From contig NC_087250.1 of NCBI RefSeq assembly GCF_037042905.1, positions 21,826,001-21,890,000 of the forward strand: a DNA stretch of 64,000 nt. Reading direction: 5' to 3'. Shown here one piece after another: positions 38,801-49,402 of the stretch (within the stretch, counting starts at the first letter, position 1; each line of letters begins with the position of its first letter). A program made the position numbers and the translations under genes. The DNA is from Lytechinus pictus (taxonomy: Eukaryota). Below the pieces are notes generated by a model. That model made no database searches and was not told the origin of the DNA. It worked only from the letters and a program-made list of their open reading frames with translations.

Positions 38801-38832
38801 TCCAAGTGTCGGAAGGTCGAACAAGTCGCCAT
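12129..38832 (-). CDS. SLC16 / monocarboxylate-transporter-like MFS gene: join(~38832-38651,15081-14932,13537-12647,12259-12129), about 450 aa, with an apparent frameshift near the start
   Basis: Multi-transmembrane hydrophobic exons with MCT-like motifs (LGTIKSIGVYLPLL, GMALVPLLADYLMGIYGWRGSLLI, GFIADVSGTFNASF); three GT-AG phase-1 introns; TGA at 12131-12129. Confidence 0.85.
12647..13537 (-). CDS. MCT-like exon 3 (large exon spanning the central loop and several TM segments)
   Basis: TTGCAG acceptor, G|GTAAGA donor, 891 nt; ORF-track entry 12600..13550. Confidence 0.92.
14637..14829. mobile_element. Small MITE with a GGGTTAGGGTT-rich core
   Basis: GACATTTGCTCC / GGAGCAAATATC inverted ends. 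Confidence 0.55.
14932..15081 (-). CDS. MCT-like exon 2 (GPMVEYLYQRL...LGLCLSVA)
   Basis: TTTCACAG acceptor, G|GTATGG donor, 150 nt. Confidence 0.88.
15848..17548. mobile_element. ~1.7-kb non-autonomous TIR element (Harbinger-like) with mixed direct and inverted subterminal repeats
   Basis: GCCCTTTCACACG...CGTGTGAAAAGGCCC ends; direct repeat 15849-15933 / 17308-17393; inverted repeat 15995-16028 / 17176-17210. Confidence 0.55.
17819..17880. repeat. (TA)n microsatellite
   Basis: Direct inspection. Confidence 0.9.
18006..18420 (-). mobile_element. 3' remnant of a second CR1-like LINE with a (TTTCAA)n tail
   Basis: Minus-strand GPIIWNKFPQNIKQCKTL*SFKRHLK and a TTGAAA repeat at 18010-18030. 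Confidence 0.6.
18470..20720 (-). mobile_element. Decayed CR1/L2-type LINE, ORF2 reverse transcriptase and 3' end (fragment 1 of 3)
   Basis: Frameshifted ORFs with PWF, QSAYR..HSTET, GVPQGS.LGP.LF, YADDTQ, LNDSKTE, LHWLPV and APKLWNALP motifs; 3' GCGCTATATAAAT near 18490. Confidence 0.93.
20790..21456 (+). repeat. 53-bp tandem array (~12 copies), outer domain of the left foldback arm
   Basis: Unit GACTTATTTAGGATGAGAAGGCGAGATGACAAGATCCATTATCTCGACATGTC; starts at 20942, 20995, 21048 etc. Confidence 0.9.
22848..24032 (+). mobile_element. hAT-like non-autonomous element nested in the left foldback arm
   Basis: CAGTG(A/G)CGTA...TACGCC(-)G ends, 8-bp TSD TCCCCTCC/TCCCCTCT, many GCGAGCGCGAAGCGC motifs. 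Confidence 0.75.
25677..27166 (-). mobile_element. Mirror copy of the nested hAT-like element in the right arm, ~305 bp longer
   Basis: TSD GGAGAGGA/GGAGGGGA; extra internal repeat unit at ~26455-26770. Confidence 0.75.
28556..29170 (-). repeat. 53-bp tandem array (~11 copies), outer domain of the right foldback arm
   Basis: Reverse complement of the left array, one unit fewer. Confidence 0.88.
29238..29366 (-). mobile_element. Middle fragment of the same LINE (end of the APE endonuclease: LMIHRQSDEIIVGKPWPHSSLLCDHIPVMCTLNLYKP)
   Basis: Reads in frame into PLPSKVMSFRRL at 20712 once 20721-29245 is removed; CDH corresponds to the SDH motif. Confidence 0.88.
29367..35206. mobile_element. 5.8-kb non-autonomous DNA transposon, P-element-like
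   Basis: GTCAAGGG duplicated at 29359-29366 and 35207-35214; CAA...TTG ends; subterminal inverted repeat AAAATAAGCCCTCATT (29462-29477 / 35146-35161); interrupts the LINE. Confidence 0.8.
34048..34216. mobile_element. Harbinger-like MITE nested in the P-like element
   Basis: CTG|GGGCCCGTTTCAT...ATGAAACGGACGC|CAG. Confidence 0.6.
35207..35465 (-). mobile_element. 5' fragment of the same LINE (APE endonuclease: IYRPP...GDFNIH...THIHGHTLD), 5'-truncated
   Basis: ORF 35144..35461; homology stops exactly at the GTCAAGGG duplication. Confidence 0.9.
36047..38112. mobile_element. ~2.07-kb non-autonomous TIR element flanked by TA, with a nested small MITE at ~36386-36546
   Basis: ~30-bp TIRs CACAACAAAAAAAGTAA.TCCCCCC.TAAA / TTTAAGGGGGGACTTACTTTTTTTGTTGTG. 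Confidence 0.75.
38651..38832 (-). CDS. MCT-like exon 1 (TM1-TM2: LALFLQTCYVLGTIKSIGVYLPLLERDLGL...AFAHGP)
   Basis: G|GTAAGT donor at 38650; start position uncertain because the ATG at 38832 is out of frame. Confidence 0.7.
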
Positions 38833-40713
38833 TTTTGGGTCTCTTTAGCATCAAAGGCGCGGGGAAAGTGATACCGCGTCAAAGATATGTGATAAAAATC
38901 CAAAGATGACCATCAGCATTTAACACTGGTACTAAGATAGTTTAATCGAATTCAATAAACACAATTCTGCAGGGATCGGGTAATTGAGTGTTCCATATAG
39001 GATTGCCGTTAAATGATCGACGCTCACATAAAACGATAAATGCTTGAAATTACTCTGTTTTCCTCTCTGTTTAAACCTGACGTAAAAATGCAAAATAGCC
39101 AAGCCAGAGAGAGAGAGAGACAGAGGGAGAGAGGGGGGGGGGATAGCAGAAAGATCATTAGAGGGAGCGAGAAAGTCTGTGCGCGCGCGCCCGTGTGTGT
39201 GGGTAGGGATGGGTGTGTGTGTCTGTGTGTGTCATTGGTAAGTTTGGCCAATGGTTTAGTGCCACGGTACTCCGCAATGGGGGGGGGGGGGGTCTGAATG
39301 TTATCTATTTCCTCGGAAAACTGTCGGTATTGTTCAGGAGAGCGGAACGGTTTTGAAAGTGCGGGACTGAGCCGAAATAGGGGGCTGACCATCCAAAAAA
39401 TCAGAATCAGATGGTTTTTTTTATAGTTTTTGTACATGGTTTTGGAAAAAAAAGTGCAGAGGCTGAAGCCCCGCAGCCCCCCCCCCCCGTTTCTGCGGCC
39501 CTATTGTTAATATTCAGTTGTACAGCGTAGATCTGTAATTTTTTTATGGGCTATATACCTCTCGCGTCGTCATTTCTGCCCTCCGTTGTTCATCTTTCAC
39601 TACACATTAAGTCAAAGGGGTGGTAGTCATCTGCGCCCCCACCGGCTCGAACCCACCCTCTTCCCCCTCCTTCAGGCGCAGCTTATTACCAAACAATACT
39701 CAAGTCATGTTATTAGTATTCTATAATCTGATTGATGTCGTTAATGATTTTAATTATTTTTTGTTAGTTAGTAATTTATACAAACCGAATTTTGAAATGA
39801 AATGAATCCGTTTTCTTTTTTCACAAAACTGAACAGGCCTTCCTGCATTATGAAATTAATAAAAACAGAGTAAAAAAAAAAAATGTTGACAACAAAATTG
39901 ACAAAAACTGTTGACTGTAAGTGATAATGGAACTAGAGAACCATTGATTTTATTACTGGTAATTGAGGACACACGACATACTTTCAAACAAGCAAATCAT
40001 TGCAGATGAGGGTAGTATCGGCCAGTGTGCTGTGTAAAACCTTCACTCGAGTTAATACTATGATTGCGCAGCATACAGTGACTCGCGTACAGAAGGCTCT
40101 AAAATTGAAAAATCAAGTTTATATGTGATAGTCTTATGTGAAGACCCGCTTGTTGATCAGAATTTCAATCACGGCCCGTGCATGCAGACGAGGTATTGGC
40201 CGTGATAAATGTAATTAAGTACACTACTGCAAAAACGCTCCATTAACATTTTACACTCGACCTTACGAAATAATATCGTATTTTCGCAATCACTATACAC
40301 AGACGCTTTCTATAACGCATTAATTCCTCTGTATACATGGAATAGGCAAGTCAAACCACAATGGACAATTTAGAGGTTTTTGTCAGAAGCGGGTGGAACG
40401 GGACAAAAGAAGCCGCGTCCGAAGATTCGTACCGGACGAAAAAATGCAAATATGTCGTCTGTCCAGACAACCGCTGTTATGACTCACCATTTTGTCATTA
40501 AAGGTTTGTTGGCAAAATATTGTTTGCATTTTAGAAAGCGTCTGCGAAGTAATTGCAAAATTGTAATGATAAATGTTGCAAACCATCACAAGAGACTAAA
40601 CTCGAAAAGAACGCCATGCAACTCTGGTCGATACGATCAGTTGACCCATCTCTCATATAGTTTCAGGACACATCGAACAGTTTAGTCTACTATCAATTTT
40701 GATCTAAGTTATG

Positions 40714-40878
40714 CACTGTAAAAAATGAAGTGCTAATTTAGCACTTACAGTGCTTGTATAATGACTGCACTACGAATGTTGATTTTTTAGTTTAAATTTG
40801 AGCTAGAAAATCAGCACTAGTAGTGCAGTCCCTATACAAGCACTGTAAGTGCTAAATTAGCACTTCATTTTTACAGTG
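40714..40878. mobile_element. Near-perfect palindromic CACTG-ended MITE (EnSpm/CACTA-like, 2-bp TG TSD), with a degenerate copy adjacent to ~41112
   Basis: TG|CACTGTAAAAAATGAAGTGCTAATTTAGCAC...GTGCTAAATTAGCACTTCATTTTTACAGTG|TG. Confidence 0.8.
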
Positions 40879-42300
40879 TGTTAGGTCTACATTGCACTTT
40901 GTCTCATATACGAAGAAAGAAATAAAATAAAGTGGTAATTTAGCACTTAAAGCGCTCATATAGTGACTGCACTTGCTGATTTTCTTTTACTAGTTCAAAT
41001 TTGAACTAGTAAAATCAGCACTCCGAAGTGCTAAACAAATCAGCACTCCGAAGTACAGTCACTCTACAAGCTCCTTAGTGCTATCAAAATTAGCACTTTA
41101 CTTTTTACAGTGCAGTTTATATTCACAACCAAGCAGTCTATGTTTCAAATACTCTTAAACCACATGGGCTAAGCCCAACATACTTCGAATTTGGTAGAGT
41201 TGCCGTTCGGTCTGCACTTGATAAGTGATGTAATACACATTTCATTTTTATTTTGTCTGATTTCAAGATGGCTTAATTTCCATTTTGTCTATTTGTCTTG
41301 CCCTTGGCGAAAAAGAAAATTTGATCCATACACGGTTAATCTAATCATAGACCCCGTGGACTGAACGATGTTAGACCAAGTGGCTATTGGACGAAAATGG
41401 TCTAGCTTAACAGGCAATTAAGCAAATTAGGTTTAATGCGAATTAAGGCCACCGCACACCTTACGATTGCTCTGCGACCCGATTTTGGAATAACAAGTAG
41501 GAGAAATTGATGCTAATATTGAAACATAGAATATCTTACTGTGTGAATGTTCAAAATCATCGTACAAGTGCGCATGTTCAAATCTGTGACTATTCTGTAA
41601 TCGTTATAAGAATAAAAGTGAATTTGGAATCTAATCGCACATGTAATGACGACATAGTAATCGCAATTGGCTATGACTTGAAACTAATTTGGCCCTTACT
41701 CCAAAATAAAGGCTTGCAATAATTCAAATATATTATATTAGTATACTTTTAGTTAATTTGAACCTATTATAAAAAGATTTTATTCACATTTTCAGAAAAT
41801 GAGCAAAATGCGATTTCTTCCTAAATCAGAGAGTCGTAGACCGGTCGTTAGGTGTGTGGTGGCCTCTAGAGCGAATGGTAAGTAAACGTACTGGTTGTAG
41901 ACGAACAAGGTATAGACTACGTGGGATGGAAACAACATAAATAAGGCGAACTGGATGTAGACCTAGTGGTAATTTAGTGACGAACGAGTGAACGACCCAT
42001 TTAAGAATTTTTACTTACAAGAAGGACGTAAATGTACCTCTGAAATAGCGTGTGTAACATTGACAGTGTGCTCGTTTAATGGCTTATTTCAAATTATCGG
42101 GTCGTCAGGTCACGTCATCTTATCGTGTCACAGGCCCAATTATAAAACAAAAAAGGGCGCTATCAAGTGACGGGATAGAGGTAAACTGGAAGTAATTGAA
42201 CATTTGTTTAATCAAGCTTAATAGTTCGGTTTTTGCTGGGTAGCCAGATAATTATATACAATTATTAAGAAAAAAGAAATTAATTGAACAATAGAAATCA

Positions 42301-42459
42301 TTAAGCCTTGTGGTTAAGTTTTCTAGGGGTCATAAAATGCCGTCGGATGTCATCGGTCACGGCCCTTCGTTTCTCCTGGATGTTACCGATCAGCGATTGT
42401 AGGACGACAACGAGTTCTCTTTTGAGTTCACCTGTCATCATTCGCCCGCTGCTGTATTC
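42301..42459 (-). CDS. WARS1: TrpRS last coding exon ([13 protein letters not shown]...[11 protein letters not shown])
   Basis: TTTTAG acceptor, TAA stop at 42303-42301. Confidence 0.95.
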   Translation of the reverse strand, partial: EYSSGRMMTGELKRELVVVLQSLIGNIQEKRRAVTDDIRRHFMTPRKLNHKA

Positions 42460-45400
42460 CTAAAACGAAGAGGTGAAAAGAGAAAATCACTCATACATGT
42501 AGGCCTACAACCTAAAAAAAAACACGAAAATGTGAACGGAGACGTAATACTATGGGCAATGGCGTACATATACAACGGCTTGGGAAGTTGCGTAATAAGC
42601 CACAATTTTTGAGGGGGCAGACATGACGTTTCGGGAAAAAAAAAATCGACGACGTTGGGAGCGAAAGAAGCGAACGAGGAAAAAATGCTGACCTTTTCAA
42701 TCCCCCCCCCCAAAAAAAAAATCGAATGTGGCATAACATCCAGAATGATGATATTGCATCCTTTTTATTTTCTATTTTTTCTCTTTTCTCTTGGTCGAGC
42801 AAAAGTGGGGAGGGGGCATGGCCCGAAAGACCCTTATCTGAATGCCAGTGTGCTTGGAGGGGGTATCAATTATTCCACAACCAAGAAAAAAACAAAACGA
42901 AAAGAAGGAGAAAAGAAAAGAAAAATAAGGGAAAGGTAGAAAGAGAAATATGAAAACATAATATTATTCGTTCAATATTTCACAAAACTAGGTTTTCCTC
43001 TGACGTGCCTTCATTTTTCACTCGTTCGCAAAACTTTATATACGTCGTGTCCGTCAAAAAATGTAGCTCATTATGCCACTGACCATGGATAGCCGATTGT
43101 GACTTGAAATATTGCGGATGTATAACAAATATTAATCTTTGCGCAATCCATACGCAAATCGTCCTATACGACATTATATTAGGATTTTTTTTTCAATCAA
43201 TACGCAGAAGCGTTCAATTAATACTTTGTCAAAAACCCTTCAATGATAAAATAGCCTTTGTCGAAAATCGGTGAATCAATACAGCTGTATCGTCCGAGAC
43301 AAATGACATATTTTCAATTTTGATTCCGGTTCGAATTTTCGGATGATGTGCTCTCTCGGTCCACCAACTTCGACAAAACCTCTCAGCTCACTATTCTGAT
43401 TTGACTTGCGTTTTTAAAGGAATTGGTGCGTTGTAGAAAGCGTCTGCGCGGTGATTGCCGAAAATTCCGATTATTAAAAAAAAAACAGAAATCGAATAAA
43501 ATCATGAAACTAAAAGGCCAACTCGCCTCTTTGATTTGAGCCAAGCGGGCATCATCTTCAAGGAAGAACGTCAGATACTGATAAGAGATATCAACATCGC
43601 AGTCGCCACCTTTTTCCCGATGCTCTGCCTCTGTACTACCACCTCCAGAATAAGCGTATTTATTGATCTGTAAGTCATAAACGGGAAGCAAAATAAGACA
43701 TCTTTAGTAAACGAATCAAGCAAAATCACATGTAGGTTGGTAAAATGATAGGTATGCAAAGAAGTGGAAATGTTATCAGAATAACCTCCATTTTGTAGTG
43801 CAAACTTTTCTTTTCTTTTTTTTCTTTAAAAAAATACAATAACAGTTAAAAGCTACTGAAATCCTTCAATCTGATTGGCTGGTCATAAATTTGTTATAAA
43901 AATTTTGCATTCGTTGTTACAAAAAATGTTATGTAAAAAGGGGGAAGGGAGGGGGCTGTAGTCAGTTGTGCCAGTGTGACGTCAGCCTTGTCTGAATAGT
44001 GTGGTACAGTTGGGGTAAAGGGATTGATAATTTGTTTTTTATGTTGTTTTAAATGCTTGTTTTTATTAATTGCATATATTTTGTTTTCTTTTTAATATGA
44101 TGAACGCACCTTATTCTATGAGTGCCTCCGATTCAAAGGAGTCTGTTAAAAAAAAAAAAAAAAACTACCTTATTCTTAATCTCTTCCTGGGTATCGGTAA
44201 GGAAGATTGATGATGTCTTATCGCTGGCACTCATCTTGGTTTGGGCTCCCTGGAGGGCTGGAAAGAACGTTGAATGGATGAGGGCGGGCTTCAGGTAATT
44301 AAGCTTTGGTGCTACATCTCGAGTCATCCTGAAATATGGGTCCTAGACAAGAGAGAGTGTTAAACGAATAAAAAAAAAAGTCTAAGCCTAAGCTTTCGAT
44401 CCTAGCAGAATCTTCGTCGGAGGCAAAATGACAAACATATAAAGTGGAACAACCATAATATAGACCACAAACAAGCTACAGCAACGCTAGAAACAAGGAG
44501 ACAAAAGGGGCATTAATTAGTGAGTAGAGAAGACCAATCAGGTTAGTGAAGGGGATGAAAGAAAAGGAGTAGGCAGACACAAAGGGAAGTTAGTGTAAGT
44601 AAGGCCAAGAGGGATTAAGATAATGAGGCAGGCAACATCAAACAGGATCTGGAACAAAACAGTGATAGAGGGATGAATGACTAGAGAATTAGTGAGAGGT
44701 GGGTCAAACAGGTTACAAAGAAAGGCATAATAAACTGGTGCATAAGAGTGGGGGAAAAATAAGGATGGAGTTCTATGATCTCCATTGTCATGGCCGTGGG
44801 AAGCGAGGGTGTTGAAAAACTCCCAGAATTTTCCGGGTGGTACTGCCAGTATTATTCTCCATAGGCAGCACCCTCTGTAATTCTGCTAGGTGTGACAAAA
44901 TGGAGAAATCTAACCAAATTGACGTAAAGAAACTCTTTTTTTTGCATGTCAATTTTCCCAGACCAAACTGACCTTCATTTTGTGATGAAACTCCCCCTGC
45001 TTGTCACATTTCTCGGGAGCAAAATGATCTACATTTTTTGTAGTGACACCCTTTTTTAGGGGTCTTATCAAATTTCTCGGGACCAAAATGACCTTTTTTG
45101 TGTACCCCCTTTTTATTGCTTGTCAAATTTTCATCAGCACCCCTAAAAAAAAAGTTCCTACGGACCTGTCCATTGTCAACGAGAACAGATATAAAATTCG
45201 TTTAACTTATTCATTTAACCATCGTCTGCTTAATCAAAGAGAGATAAAAATATCAAAACATTGTTTGTTCTAATTACTCATCTATATTCACTGGTTTTCC
45301 GTTAATCCTCCTTTGTTTTTAATTTGATTTGATTCTAGGTGAAATTCCGTTGATCTTTTCCTTCTGCGTACATAACGGACAATAGCACAGGTCCCAATGC

Positions 45401-48400
45401 TATGAATATGAAAAAAAAAACATTTGTCACTTTTCTTTTTCAAAGTACGGTTCACGAAAATTACCACAGCCATTGCACAAATTTGGTGAGTAGACAAATA
45501 ACGCACATAACAGAGAGCGTTAGTACGAATTACACCGACGGGGTACCTTTGGAATAATTCTAACATACCCTCGAAACCAGACCGGTCAATTTAATAAGTC
45601 ATTAGCAGATTTTCCTATTAATGATAACTTGTCACATGAACGAATTCACCAGATCAGTTTAAAATGATCTATTTTATCATTTCATATTAAAAGATAATTC
45701 ACACTTTACCTGGTCAATAGCACAAGGTATCAGGCATGGTACGTCTGCAGCTTCCCCGAAGATCTCGGGGAACGAGTTGCTGAATGATGGGGTGGCCTGA
45801 ATTGCTGGGAAGCTGATCTTACCTGTAAATACGTAATGACATTTTACACTAACGACGCTTCAAATATGTGCAAAGTAAATCACTAATGTACCAGGTTACA
45901 TTATTTATTTATTTAGCACTTTTAGAATGCAGAATTTTATGATTAAAATTCCTTTTTTGCAACTTGTACATTATTGGTATAATTATTATCATCCTCATCA
46001 TCATCCTCATCATCATCATCGTCATCACTATCATCATCACCATCGTCATCATTTTCATCACTATCATCATCACCACCGTCATCATCATCGTCGCCATCTT
46101 TACTATGAACACAATCATCATCATCACTATTATAATTTCCATCGTCTTTATCATCATCATCATCATCATCGTCATCATCGTCATCATCATCATCATCGTC
46201 ATCACTATCATCATCACCATCGTCATCATTTTCATCACTATCATCATCACCACCGTCATCATCATCGTCGCCATCTTTACTATGAACACAATCATCATCA
46301 TCACTATTATAATTTCCATCGTATTTATCATCATCATCAACAACATCACCGTCGGGGTCAGCGTCATCCCGATCATATTCACTCTCTACATCGCCATCAT
46401 CGTCGCCATTATTAATACGTACCTATAGCATCACTTTCGTTGAATCCAAAGATTCCTCTGACCTGATTGAAGGTAACCAACTTCTCCACCTTTAACATGT
46501 TCTTGTAGAAAGCAGCACATGACCTTAAACACGAAAATAGCAACAACAACAACAACAATGTTCAAAGGTCAACTTTAAATGGATGAAGTCAACAGTCTGA
46601 TTCATAACCAAAACTAGGGGAGAAATGAAAATTACCAAACAAAAACAAAAGTGAATAGAATATGATGGATTTAAAGATGTCTTTGATAAAGAGGAAACCG
46701 ATGATTCGGTTACTGTAATGATATGAAAACACGTTTCAGTAGATTTTATAGAAATAATTATTTCGAACTAATTCTCAGCAGTATTAACTCTTTTCCAAAG
46801 TTGTACATGAACTTTAAGAATGTGGACGGGGAGAAGAAGATAAAAGAAAAAAAAAAGATGGGAAAGGGGGAAATGAATTGTCACCAGACTTACGATATAT
46901 AGTCGATGTTTGAGAAAATAAAGGTCTTATCCCTGTGAAAACCGCATGAGATGATATCCTTGGCATTCTCGTAGGCAAGGTTCTGGGCGACGTCGGGTGT
47001 TTCCAGTTCCCTCCACAAGAACTTCTCATCGTCGGTCATCTGGACGACGAGTGGGACGTCGAAGACATCCTGTAACCATCTGCATTCGTGTGAAGGGTGG
47101 GGGGGGGGTGATGAACATGAAATAAATTAATAATACTAAAATAATTATAAGCAACATTCATCATGTTTAAATAGCACTTAACGGTGTTTCTAAGCGCTTC
47201 ATACGAGGCTAGTTCCCCGACTTTTACACGGCTACCCTGATAAGGTGCTCGAGCATTCAAGGAATTCCTTCCTACCGGGTACCCATTTACTACACCAGGG
47301 TGGAGAGTGGCAAATGTAGATAAACCGCAACTGCAGTGTTGCGATGGGATTCGAACCCAGAACCCTATGAAACTTATCCACAGCGTCACAACACCTCAAA
47401 ACATATTCATGATGCACCAATGCTGTGAAGAGCACAATGTCCCACAGTGACAGGAATGTAGTCGAGGACGCCTTCAACGTTACGGTTTTTTTAGCCTTGG
47501 TATCGGCACAGAGTCACTTGTGAATTGTTTTCTCCAACAGCCTCGTGACTTGGAAGTATCGGCCTTGCCTCCATCCCTGCGCGGGGTGTTCACAGTGTGG
47601 AACACGATCCTCTTCACACTGGTTAGTTTGGGCATTGCTACGAAAATATCAATTGAAGAACATTTTTGGTGCGCACCTATTTTTCAAATTGTTTATTATT
47701 ATTATTATTTTTTTTTTTGGGGGGGGGGGTGGCAGAAGTCCCCCATTGATGAGGTAGTATATCTTTGTTTGCAATTTTCGGCCCTGCTTCCCCTATTATT
47801 TGGCTTGCTCACCAATTCGCTTATTGCTACTGTTACACGAGTTCAAGCAACTCAAATCCAATCACATCTATTACATATGGTATATTATTGTTTGGTTAGA
47901 GTCGGTTTCGTTTGTGTCACTTGTGTCACTGTAACCATGGTAACACATAATAGGCCTACACAGCTTTCTTAATGGCGAGTTTTTGCAACGACCACGCATA
48001 CTCTATTTGGAGCATTGAGAATTTATTGAAAATACCCGTCACATCCCAATAAACAGATTAGAGTTCATTGTCGAAAATTAGTGAATCGGGACAGAAAGCC
48101 GTCCTACTATTCGGAGCTGACTAAAATGGGCAAATATGTCGTTAGGACGGACTGCTGTTTTGATTCACCGATTTTCGACAAAGGCTGCTTTGTGATGAAG
48201 GGCTTTTGACAATAGATTTTCAGCGTTGAAGAAATCGTCTGCGTAATATTGCGAAAACTCTCTATTACACTAACTTTGTAAAGATGAACGGGATTAGATG
48301 ACCAACATGCATGGAAGAAGAAGAAGGCCCTCTACCGGTGTATAGGAAGAAGGGTTTCTTTGCCTCGTACAAATCTAGAATGTTCTTCAACTCTCTGAAA

Positions 48401-48474
48401 TAACAAGAAATAAATCTATGTTAATGTATGCTTAGTTAATACGACTATTATATCTATTACTATGACTACTACTT

Positions 48475-48550
<76 letters not shown>

Positions 48551-48564
48551 TACTACTACTACTT

Positions 48565-48636
<72 letters not shown>

Positions 48637-48654
48637 ATATTGCTGCTGCTGCTG

Positions 48655-48686
<32 letters not shown>

Positions 48687-49318
48687 GCTAATAATAATGA
48701 TGACAATATAAGTAATAATAATAATAACAATGATAATAATGAAAATTAAAATAAAATGAAGAAGAAGGAGAAGAAGAAAAAAAAAGGAAGAAGAAGAAGA
48801 AAAAGGAGAAGATTAATTATTATAACTTTGATAATAATTGTATTAATAATGATGATAATAATAACATAATAGTATTGATGAAAAAAAAATCTCTGTGATC
48901 TATTCATGTGGTATTTTACTCTTTCTTTGATTTTGTTAGAGAAATGTCTGATAATAAATTAATCATTGCACCAAACAATTTACTTCCAATGAAGCCATGC
49001 TTCATACCACGTGATCTAGACTGACCTATGAGAGAAGAATATTCCTCGCCTGAGGAATCGATGCGGCTTATGTCCCGTCACCTTTTCAAATCTCTTTAAC
49101 ATCGCGTCATCGATCCGTTCACTGCCAAATTGCCCTATAAAATGAAAATTACAATAATACTCAATGCACATTTTTAGCTTAAAATCTTTACAATAGCCAT
49201 GTTAGAAAAAATAATTATAGTATTCATAATAATCATAATCATAATAATAATAATGATAGTAGTATTAATAACAATAATAACAATGATGATAATAATAATA
49301 CAACAACAACTACTACTA

Positions 49319-49402
<84 letters not shown>

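Noticed and set aside
45909..46428. His-, Ile- and Met-rich ORFs of 154-162 aa
   Set aside because: Translations of a (CAT)n microsatellite inside a TrpRS intron
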